Below are positions 1-9,085 of a stretch of DNA of 64,000 bases, piece by piece. The stretch's first letter is position 1. The number at the start of each line of letters is the position of its first letter. A program made the position numbers and the translations under genes. This DNA is from Candidatus Nanopelagicales bacterium (GTDB lineage Bacteria; Actinomycetota; Actinomycetes; S36-B12): assembly GCA_017854795.1 (NCBI GenBank), contig JAFMHB010000003.1, positions 13,047-77,046 on the forward strand, in the 5' to 3' direction. The notes under the pieces were generated by a model. The model did not search any database. It worked only from the letters and a program-made list of their open reading frames with translations, and was not told the origin of the DNA.

Positions 1-148
1 GTTCACCAATTTTTTCTTCGATCCCACCCACTTCGCCTTCGATGAGCTCCGCTTCCGCATCCATCTCGGTGATAAGTTCGTCAGCCGAGTCGGAACTCGG
101 CTGACGAACCTCGAAGGTGTCGGGATCAAGTCGACGTTTGTCGTTCAC
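1..148 (-). CDS. grpE: GrpE nucleotide-exchange factor, first 49 codons only (continues beyond window start)
   Basis: Own translation of the minus strand from GTG at 148 gives [49 protein letters not shown]. An AGAGGG Shine-Dalgarno lies about 9 nt upstream. The ORF starts 20 nt downstream of the dnaK stop, the conserved dnaK-grpE order. The call rests mainly on position and the acidic N-terminus. Confidence 0.55.
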   Translation of the reverse strand, partial: MNDKRRLDPDTFEVRQPSSDSADELITEMDAEAELIEGEVGGIEEKIGE

Positions 149-168
149 CCTTATGCCCTCTTCTTCAC

Positions 169-2028
<1,860 letters not shown>

Positions 2029-2103
2029 TTATCTGGGCTTTTTTCAAATTCGTGTCACAAGTGTGCCCTAAGAAAGATTAATAGTCAAATCGAGCGCATA
2101 TTA

Positions 2104-2124
2104 CTTGAGTCGTATTGACTCATA
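2104..2124. promoter_or_regulatory. HAIR-like HspR operator upstream of dnaK
   Basis: CTTGAGT-cgtattg-ACTCAta is a 12/14 match to the actinobacterial HspR-associated inverted repeat CTTGAGT-N7-ACTCAAG. It lies about 100-120 bp upstream of the dnaK start. Confidence 0.6.
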
Positions 2125-2193
2125 GCATCGGTTGTCTGCCGGATCAGCCGAAATCTCACCGAACCGATAGCTGTATTTGCATCCAGACTCCCC

Positions 2194-2538
2194 TTGGCCC
2201 AACTTGGGTTGAATTCCAGCAGAAATATGGCGCCCACCCTTGTACTGATTGCAATTCTCGTGGTCTCTGCTCTCGGCTATTTTGCTGATGCGTCAGATTC
2301 CGCAAAGATCTTGGCAATTGGCGTCGCGGCGGCAACTGGGATTCTTGCCGTCATTTCCCAATACGCTGCAATCCGGGAAGCAAAAGCACTTATGGCAAAT
2401 GTCAACAAGCTCGATCAGCCGAGCGCACTGGCTACAAAAATTGGGGAATCCGATGCCTTTCTATCCCTGACGGCAATTGCAATCGTCGCCCTCAGTTTGG
2501 GCATTTTTGCCCTCGTTATCTGGACAGTTTTGGCCTAA
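2194..2538 (+). CDS. Small hypothetical membrane protein (about 3 hydrophobic helices)
   Basis: 114-aa ORF starting at TTG 2194; an alternative ATG at 2227 would start at MAPTLVLIAILVV. Three helix-length hydrophobic stretches and no recognisable motif. Confidence 0.45.
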   Translation: MAQLGLNSSRNMAPTLVLIAILVVSALGYFADASDSAKILAIGVAAATGILAVISQYAAIREAKALMANVNKLDQPSALATKIGESDAFLSLTAIAIVALSLGIFALVIWTVLA

Positions 2539-2684
2539 ACACTCACTTTTTGTTAATTTTCCATTCATGACCGGCCGCACAAGGGCTTCACATGAGTAAT
2601 TGACCTGTATGGCCGGTCATAAAAAAACCCCTTGAGCCTTCGTGGCACGATGCACGAACTATCGACAATTAGTACACTGTTTAG

Positions 2685-3530
2685 ATGGAAAACGGGGGAA
2701 ATTCCAATGAATCAGGCACGAAGTCTGAGATTCTGGTGCGCAGGATTCTTGGTACCCAGCTTGCCCGAGGAGAAACTCTCCTGGAAGGACTGCGCTTCAC
2801 CGATCCCCGACACGGTGACGTTGAAACCGACTTCCTTATCCTGATTCCAGAAATGGGTGTAGCGGTCCTTGAGGTTAAGGGCGGTGTGGTCAGCTACGAA
2901 AATGGCCAATGGCTCACAACCAATAAGGGAACTAGCCGTCGCATTTCCCCGATCGAACAAGCTCGCAAAGCCAAGCACGCACTTCGCCGTTTCCTTGACC
3001 GATCACCCGAATGGCATAACGGCCTCATTCGCGCGCAATGGTTCGTGGTCATGCCATTTACTGAAGTTACCGGCGATATGGGCGCCGAGGGTGCTCGAGA
3101 GCAGCTACTCGGAGCCTCAGACCTTGATGATCTCCTGCCGCGCATCCGAGCGAGCCTAGGCTCAACGCTAAATAACGACCCTCTACCCAGTGCAGACGAC
3201 CTTGATCTTGCTTTAACCCTCTTGCTACGGACCCAACACGCATCACTTCCCAGTGGGAGCGGGTCGGTGGGGAGCAAAATGAAGAGAAAAAATTGGGCGC
3301 TCATATCCGTCGGTGCTGCTGTTATTGCTGCGTTGGCCGTTATCGGGTTTGTAACTCAAAACTCACCGTCATCGAGTTCGACCCAATGCAATCCAAACTA
3401 CGAACCATGTATTCCCATTGCACCCGATTTATCATGCTCAGACATTCAAATGAAAGTACAAGTGATTGGCGATGACCCTTACGGACTTGACCGTGATGGT
3501 GATGGTTTCGGTTGCGAGATTTACGAGTAG
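2685..3530 (+). CDS. NERD-domain protein with one transmembrane helix and a C-terminal Excalibur (Ca-binding) motif
   Basis: The N-terminal region has the NERD-like core ETDFLILIPEMGVAVLEVKGG. A TM segment WALISVGAAVIAALAVIGFV follows, then a Cys-containing tail ending in DRDGDGFGCE (Excalibur DxDxDGxxCE signature). Confidence 0.7.
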   Translation: MENGGNSNESGTKSEILVRRILGTQLARGETLLEGLRFTDPRHGDVETDFLILIPEMGVAVLEVKGGVVSYENGQWLTTNKGTSRRISPIEQARKAKHALRRFLDRSPEWHNGLIRAQWFVVMPFTEVTGDMGAEGAREQLLGASDLDDLLPRIRASLGSTLNNDPLPSADDLDLALTLLLRTQHASLPSGSGSVGSKMKRKNWALISVGAAVIAALAVIGFVTQNSPSSSSTQCNPNYEPCIPIAPDLSCSDIQMKVQVIGDDPYGLDRDGDGFGCEIYE

Positions 3531-3536
3531 AACTCG

Positions 3537-3571
3537 GTCAATAACCTCAGTCAATAACCTCAGTCAATAAC
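3537..3571. repeat. 13-bp tandem repeat (GTCAATAACCTCA x 2.7)
   Basis: Direct reading gives copies at 3537-3549 and 3550-3562, plus a partial copy at 3563-3571. The last copy encodes the C-terminal V-I-D-stop of the minus-strand GntR gene; the other copies fill the 29-bp convergent gap. Confidence 0.85.
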
Positions 3572-4204
3572 ACTGTGTAAAACCTGAACGGCTTGTTCCC
3601 GGTGGTGATTCTGGGCCTTGATCAATGCTTGTGCATCACGAGCTTGCAGTGCCCGAAATATTTCTTGATGCTCAGTAAAGATTCTTTCTCGATTGGATTC
3701 GTCACGAAAGTAGACCGTCCGATAAATATCCGTGGCATCCCATAGTTGCCGGATCAACCGACTTAATCGATTCATCCCAGAGAGCTCAATTATTGATAAA
3801 TGAAATGCTCGATTCGCCATCGCCAATGCATTAATGTCACCGGCCGCGGCAGCTGTGTTCACTTCTCCAAGGATCTCTTCAATGTCTTTCAGATCTGCGT
3901 CACTCACTTCAGCAACCGCGCGGGCTAACGCCTCTGATTCCAAGATTTCGCGAATGAGATACAACTCGGATAGGTCCGCAGCAGAGAGTTCGGTAACAAA
4001 ATATCCACGATTAGGGTGATAGGTCACTTGTCCCTCACCTTCAAGGATTTTCAATGACTCTCTGATCGGAACACGACTCACCCCTAGTTCCTCAGCAAGT
4101 TCCTCTTGCACCAATTGCTGACCGGGCATCAGAACACCTGCAGCCAAAGCGGAACGTAGTTCCTGAAGGACAACCTCCTGGGCTGTCAGTCCCTGTGTAC
4201 TCAT
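3560..4204 (-). CDS. GntR-family transcriptional regulator (FadR/FCD subfamily)
   Basis: 214 aa. N-terminal winged HTH LAEELGVSRVPIRESLKILEGEG followed by an all-helical FCD-like C-terminal domain. 4-bp overlap with the upstream gene. Confidence 0.85.
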   Translation of the reverse strand: MSTQGLTAQEVVLQELRSALAAGVLMPGQQLVQEELAEELGVSRVPIRESLKILEGEGQVTYHPNRGYFVTELSAADLSELYLIREILESEALARAVAEVSDADLKDIEEILGEVNTAAAAGDINALAMANRAFHLSIIELSGMNRLSRLIRQLWDATDIYRTVYFRDESNRERIFTEHQEIFRALQARDAQALIKAQNHHREQAVQVLHSVID

Positions 4205-4746
4205 GAGTTAATTGTTAACTCAACGATTTCGCCCATGAGATTGGCATCAACTTTCCAGTCAACGGGAACCTTGAAAGTCTTTTTGTTCACAACGTATGGA
4301 GCTAACTCACTCGCAAGTTCTGTAAGGACCTCAGTGCGGGCCGGGCCCAATAAAATGTGTTTCTGATGAACAGAAACACCAATAATGTAACGATCCCCAA
4401 TTTTTCCGAATGGATGATTCCAAGCAATCACAACATCCATTGACGGGTAACTGTCCTTCATCGCTGCAAAAATCGAACGAACGGTCTCCTGCTTGGTTGC
4501 TTCAAATTGCGCTAAGTACTGATCAATATTTTTGTACTTAACCGAGGTTGTCGAACCTCGCGAATACAGCACCAACGCGTTTGCGTGGGCTTGGCTGAAC
4601 CCGAAATTCTCCCGCAAATACGCGATTTGCTCCGGGTACTTTCTATCTGAGATCTCTGCCATCTGGGCAAACCAAAACGACATAGGTTGTTCATATCTCT
4701 TCTCAATCGCCGGGAAATAGGAGGAGCGATCCGGGTTTGTAGCCAC
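4201..4746 (-). CDS. DUF4287 / DUF1801 (YdhG-like) two-domain protein
   Basis: 181 aa. The N-terminus SYFPAIEKRYEQPMSFWF...YLRENFGFSQAHANALV is typical of DUF4287. The C-terminal half resembles the YdhG-like DUF1801 fold. Family assignment is from memory. Confidence 0.65.
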   Translation of the reverse strand: MATNPDRSSYFPAIEKRYEQPMSFWFAQMAEISDRKYPEQIAYLRENFGFSQAHANALVLYSRGSTTSVKYKNIDQYLAQFEATKQETVRSIFAAMKDSYPSMDVVIAWNHPFGKIGDRYIIGVSVHQKHILLGPARTEVLTELASELAPYVVNKKTFKVPVDWKVDANLMGEIVELTINS

Positions 4747-4853
4747 GTCCGCATGTTATCCGTACCGGAAGCACTTACCTGGCACCAATTTGTCATTCCG
4801 GCACACGATTGGGTCGTAGCGACAATATTTCAACCTATGAGTAGATTTACCCA

Positions 4854-7064
4854 ATGGATCAGATGCTCATTCGCGCCCTCGTGGGCACAGTACTTGCCCT
4901 CGTGCTTCTCGCCTTTGCCGCAAAACGAGGCTGGTTCCTGTTTTCCCTTGCCCGCACCGGCCGTCAATCAGTTGGTCGGTTCACCGATCCAACGATTCGA
5001 GTGGAGGCAGAGGCAACCGAAGTCCTCGGCCAACGCAAGTTGCTCAAGTGGATCGTGCCCGGGGTTGCGCACGTCTTCGCATTCTGGGGTTTCATCGTGC
5101 TCGGTCTCACAATCATCGAAGCATTCGGTGCACTCTATGTCGCTGACTTCGCTGTTCCCTTGATTGGCACCTGGGCGATCGTCGGATTTGCGGAAGATCT
5201 ATTCGCGATCCTCGTTCTGGTCGGTATCGCAATTTTTGCACTTATTCGTCTTACTAATGACCCTCGTAAGGACGGTCGGGCTTCACGTTTCTTTGGTTCG
5301 CACACGGCCGGCGCATGGCTCATCTTGTTCATGATTTTCAACGTTGTTTGGACACTGTTCCTTTACCGTGCGGCTCAGGTGAACACAGGAGTGTTCCCCT
5401 TCCCCGATGGTGCCTTCGCATCCGAGTACTTTGCAACGTGGATCAATGGACTCGGGATTCACACCAACGAATGGATTGAAACCGTTGGCCTGTGGCTCAA
5501 TATTGGAGTCATTTTGGTTCTGTTGCTGATCGTTCTCAACAGCAAGCACCTGCATATTTTCACCGCACCCGTCAACGTTTACACCTCGCGCCGCCCCAAC
5601 GCTCTCGGTCCGCTGCAACCCATCATGTATGACGGAAAGCCCTTGGACTTTGAAGATCCCCCAGAAGATGCGTTATTCGGCAAGGGACATATTTCTGAAT
5701 TCACGTGGAAAAACTATGTCGACTTCATGGCCTGCACCGAATGTGGACGCTGCCAAGACCAATGCCCCGCTTGGAATACCGAGAAGCCACTGAGCCCCAA
5801 GTTGTTGATCATGGATCTTCGTGACAACCTTTTTGAGTCTTCCGACTACCTGCTTGCTGCCAAGGGTTCCAGATTAGGTGCTGGTGAACTGAACGAGGCA
5901 GCATTAGCGACTTTGACTCCCGAGCAACAAGAGTTAGTGCAACGGCCGTTCATTGGTGACCGAATGGATACCGAACATGCCGGCACCGATGGTTACACAT
6001 ATGACGGTCACCGGGACTTCTCACTTGAACTGCCCGTTATTGGAAATGATGTTCTCTGGTCGTGCACCATGTGCGGTGCCTGTGTTAATCAGTGCCCCGT
6101 TGACATTGAACATATTGATCATATTGCCGACATGCGCCGCAACCAGGTCATGGTCGCATCTGATTTCCCCACTGAACTCAATGGAATGTTCAAAAACGTT
6201 GAATCTAAGGGCAACCCTTGGGGTATGAACGCCGCCGACCGTAATGGGTGGATTTCAGAAGTTGACTTTGAGGTGCGCGTCTTTGGCCGCAACGGTGAAG
6301 ACGTAATTCCTGCCGACGTTGACTACCTTTTCTGGGTTGGTTGCGCTGGGGCATTTGAGGACCGCGCAAAGGCCACCACCAAAGCGGTGGCTGAACTTCT
6401 TCACACCGCCGGAGTGAACTTCATGGTTCTAGGCGACGGTGAAACGTGCACCGGTGACCCTGCTCGTCGCGCCGGCAATGAATTCATTTACCAAATGCAA
6501 GCGATGCAAAATGTTGAGATGCTCAACGAGATCAAGGCGACCAAAATCGTCGTGACGTGCCCGCACTGCCTCAACACCCTTAAGCGGGAGTACCCCCAAA
6601 TTGGCGGCGACTACGACGTGGTCCACCACACCCAATTACTGCGTGAATTGGTCAACAACAATCGACTCACACCTATTGCCGAGCCTGGCGAGAGTGTCAC
6701 CTACCACGACCCCTGCTACTTGGGTCGCCACAACAATATTTATTCACCACCACGTGAACTGATTGAAGCAACAGGTGCAAAGAAGATTGAAATGGAGCGA
6801 TCCGGTGACAAATCCTTCTGCTGCGGCGCTGGTGGAGCCCGCATGTGGATGGAAGAAAAAATCGGCACCCAAGTCAACAAAAACCGTGGCGATGAAGCAA
6901 TCGCTACCGGAGCAAAGACGATCGCGGTTGCCTGTCCATTCTGTTCCGTGATGCTCAACGACGCCGTTACCTCACGCCAGCAAGAGGGCCTCGCCGAAGG
7001 TGTGGTCGTCTCTGATGTCGCCTCGTTGCTTTTGGAAGCTACAAGGAAAAAGACCCTAGCCTGA
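4854..7064 (+). CDS. Membrane-anchored iron-sulfur (HdrD/GlpC-like) reductase, Rv0338c-like
   Basis: 736 aa. Polytopic N-terminal domain, two ferredoxin-type motifs (CTECGRCQDQCP, CTMCGACVNQCP) and two C-terminal CCG-type Cys-rich repeats (VTCPHC..HDPCYLGRH, FCCGAGG..VACPFC). Confidence 0.85.
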   Translation: MDQMLIRALVGTVLALVLLAFAAKRGWFLFSLARTGRQSVGRFTDPTIRVEAEATEVLGQRKLLKWIVPGVAHVFAFWGFIVLGLTIIEAFGALYVADFAVPLIGTWAIVGFAEDLFAILVLVGIAIFALIRLTNDPRKDGRASRFFGSHTAGAWLILFMIFNVVWTLFLYRAAQVNTGVFPFPDGAFASEYFATWINGLGIHTNEWIETVGLWLNIGVILVLLLIVLNSKHLHIFTAPVNVYTSRRPNALGPLQPIMYDGKPLDFEDPPEDALFGKGHISEFTWKNYVDFMACTECGRCQDQCPAWNTEKPLSPKLLIMDLRDNLFESSDYLLAAKGSRLGAGELNEAALATLTPEQQELVQRPFIGDRMDTEHAGTDGYTYDGHRDFSLELPVIGNDVLWSCTMCGACVNQCPVDIEHIDHIADMRRNQVMVASDFPTELNGMFKNVESKGNPWGMNAADRNGWISEVDFEVRVFGRNGEDVIPADVDYLFWVGCAGAFEDRAKATTKAVAELLHTAGVNFMVLGDGETCTGDPARRAGNEFIYQMQAMQNVEMLNEIKATKIVVTCPHCLNTLKREYPQIGGDYDVVHHTQLLRELVNNNRLTPIAEPGESVTYHDPCYLGRHNNIYSPPRELIEATGAKKIEMERSGDKSFCCGAGGARMWMEEKIGTQVNKNRGDEAIATGAKTIAVACPFCSVMLNDAVTSRQQEGLAEGVVVSDVASLLLEATRKKTLA

Positions 7065-7072
7065 GGAAATTG

Positions 7073-7672
7073 TCAGCTAAATACTTGATCTAGCATCAAG
7101 TCGATTAACCCGATCCAGTCGTCATTGTTGTATTTGGCGTCAGATACGTCGTTGATTACCTGACCGAGCGTGTAGGCCTGAATCATGACCGCGGCAACGC
7201 GCGGATGAAATCGTGATGACAACCAACCTCGGTGTTGTGATTCGCGGAATAGGTCTTCAAGTGCACTCGTTAAACGATCCTGTTCAACGGAGAGAGCGCT
7301 GCGGAAGCGCAGGTTGCTTCCGGCCATTCCCAAGGCACGTGCCCGTTCAAAACGATTGGCGGACAAGGCAGGGTCTTGGGTTGCTCGGGTGACAAGGCGC
7401 AGGCCATCGAGAAATTCTTCTCTGCTCTTTGAATCATGAACGACTTTCTCGATCAAACCAATGCTTGCATCCACCAAAATACTGAATCGACGAATCAGCG
7501 CAGCTTCAATGAGCTCACTGAAGTCGTTGAAGTGGTGATACAGGGAACCTTTTGAAATCCCAGACTCCAGCAACACTTCGTCAATATGGACCTTGTCGGG
7601 TCGTTCACCATCCATCATGGACATGGTGACCGATATCAGGCGCTCTTTTGTTGGATGTGGGCTTCTGGCCAT
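7073..7672 (-). CDS. TetR-family transcriptional regulator
   Basis: HTH ESGISKGSLYHHFNDFSELI. The ORF track extends to 7864 but that part overlaps dcd, so I place the start at ATG 7672 (MARSPHPTKERL...). Confidence 0.8.
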   Translation of the reverse strand: MARSPHPTKERLISVTMSMMDGERPDKVHIDEVLLESGISKGSLYHHFNDFSELIEAALIRRFSILVDASIGLIEKVVHDSKSREEFLDGLRLVTRATQDPALSANRFERARALGMAGSNLRFRSALSVEQDRLTSALEDLFRESQHRGWLSSRFHPRVAAVMIQAYTLGQVINDVSDAKYNNDDWIGLIDLMLDQVFS

Positions 7673-7724
7673 ATTTAGATTGTAGTCAGAATTTCGGGAC
7701 AAGTTGCAGTGGCCGAGTTGTGAT

Positions 7725-8300
7725 TTATATCTTGGTGCGGTGAAAGTTCGCGAATGAACGGCTCGCTGTCGGTCCACGCTGTCCCTGATAACGGGATCCG
7801 TACTTGTCCGAGCCGTACGGGTGATCAGCAGGACTGGACAACCTGAATAAACACAATTGACCAATCTTCATGCCGGGGAAAAGTTTGATGGGCAAAGTTG
7901 CCACATTAGAAAGTTCCAAAGTGATGTGACCTGAGAACCCTGGGTCAATAAAACCTGCGGTTGAATGCGTGAGTAAACCAAGACGACCAAGTGAGGACTT
8001 TCCTTCGAGTCGACCGGCAAGATCGTCGGGGAGGGAAACGACTTCAAGGGTTGAACCGAGAACGAATTCACCCGGATGCAAAATGAACGGGTCATCACCG
8101 TCGGGCTCAATAAGGCGTGTCAGATCTGCCTGTTCAATGCTCGGATCAATGTGGGGGTATTTGTGGTTTTCAAAAACCCGGAACATGCGGTCAAGACGGA
8201 CGTCAATACTCGAAGGTTGGATCATTTCCAAATCAAATGGCTCAACTGACACACGTTTGTTGTCAATTTCGGTCAGTAGGTCCCGGTCGGATAACAGCAC
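7725..8300 (-). CDS. dcd: dCTP deaminase
   Basis: 191 aa with GTG start. Conserved MLLSDRDL..., SIDVRLD and [17 protein letters not shown]. Housekeeping size with no extra domains. Confidence 0.93.
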   Translation of the reverse strand: MLLSDRDLLTEIDNKRVSVEPFDLEMIQPSSIDVRLDRMFRVFENHKYPHIDPSIEQADLTRLIEPDGDDPFILHPGEFVLGSTLEVVSLPDDLAGRLEGKSSLGRLGLLTHSTAGFIDPGFSGHITLELSNVATLPIKLFPGMKIGQLCLFRLSSPADHPYGSDKYGSRYQGQRGPTASRSFANFHRTKI

Positions 8301-8322
8301 GTGTAAAGGTTACCGGTTTCGA

Positions 8323-9039
8323 TTAACCGACGCGCCGATAGGCACCGGGTGTCAGCCCCAATACTTTTCGAAACTGACGCGTGAAAGAACTCTGGTCGTA
8401 GAACCCGCACTCCGCCGCGATATCACCGATGGACTGTGATGTGTGGATGATCAGGAAGACCGCGTGCTCGAGTCGGAGCCTTTGCAAGAGCTGCTGGGGA
8501 GGTAAACCAAGTGTCCGCCTGGCCAAGCGCTCAAGGGAGGGTGAGGACATTCCCGCAATCTCGGCCATCTGGGCAACCCGCCATTGCCAATCAATCCGTT
8601 CCCTGATTGCAGTGATGACTCGAGCCAACCCAGCGTGGGCGCTATTTACTTGCGAATGCAGGTCAACGGATAGCACCGCGATTCCAATGGTTTCCCCCGT
8701 TGCTGAAGTAAGAACCGACTTGCTCGTGACGTACCAACCCAGTTGGCCATCTGCTCGCACAATAAGTTCCAAATGATTCTGGAGTGGTCGACCTGTTTTT
8801 AGTACCAATTCATCTTGGCTCAAATACGATTCGGCGAGTTCATCCCCAAAGAGTTCACGGACGGTTCGCCCCTGAACTTCACTGGCTTTCAGGCCCAAAC
8901 GAGCACAAAACCCCTCGTTGGCGTATACGTGGCGGTCATCTAGATCCTTAATCGACCCCATGATTTGCGGGACGCCACCCACCAATTGACGGAACAGCAC
9001 CACCGATTGATTTTGTATTAATTCGACATCCACATGCAT
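8323..9039 (-). CDS. AraC-family transcriptional regulator with N-terminal PAS-like sensor domain
   Basis: C-terminal AraC HTH pair (...SIGDIAAECGFYDQSSFTRQFRKVLGLTPGAYRR) and an N-terminal PAS-like segment. The ORF track runs to 9264 but overlaps the divergent putA ORF. I favour ATG 9039 (MHVDVELIQ...); ATG 9087 is also possible. Confidence 0.8.
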   Translation of the reverse strand: MHVDVELIQNQSVVLFRQLVGGVPQIMGSIKDLDDRHVYANEGFCARLGLKASEVQGRTVRELFGDELAESYLSQDELVLKTGRPLQNHLELIVRADGQLGWYVTSKSVLTSATGETIGIAVLSVDLHSQVNSAHAGLARVITAIRERIDWQWRVAQMAEIAGMSSPSLERLARRTLGLPPQQLLQRLRLEHAVFLIIHTSQSIGDIAAECGFYDQSSFTRQFRKVLGLTPGAYRRVG

Positions 9040-9085
9040 ACTCTTGCACAAGACACCTACCGGCACTGTCAGCTTGAATAACTGC

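Noticed and set aside
2567-2620. Inverted repeat ATGACCGGCC ... GGCCGGTCAT with a 34-nt loop, followed by AAAAAAA, as a possible terminator.
   Set aside because: On both strands the T run precedes the hairpin rather than following it, and the loop is very long. This does not fit an intrinsic terminator, and the function is unknown.
7673-7864. N-terminal extensions offered by the ORF track. They affect TetR (to 7864), AraC (to 9264), the nitrilase (to 31105), ADC2 (to 59961) and the L,D-transpeptidase (from 29237).
   Set aside because: Each extension overlaps a neighbouring well-supported gene or lacks an RBS. Internal ATGs with an SD sequence or a signal peptide give family-typical lengths.
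7725-8300. dCTP deaminase as a possible antiphage nucleotide-depletion gene.
   Set aside because: At 191 aa it has housekeeping Dcd architecture and no extra kinase-like or other N-terminal domain. It is flanked by ordinary regulators, and nothing defence-like is nearby.
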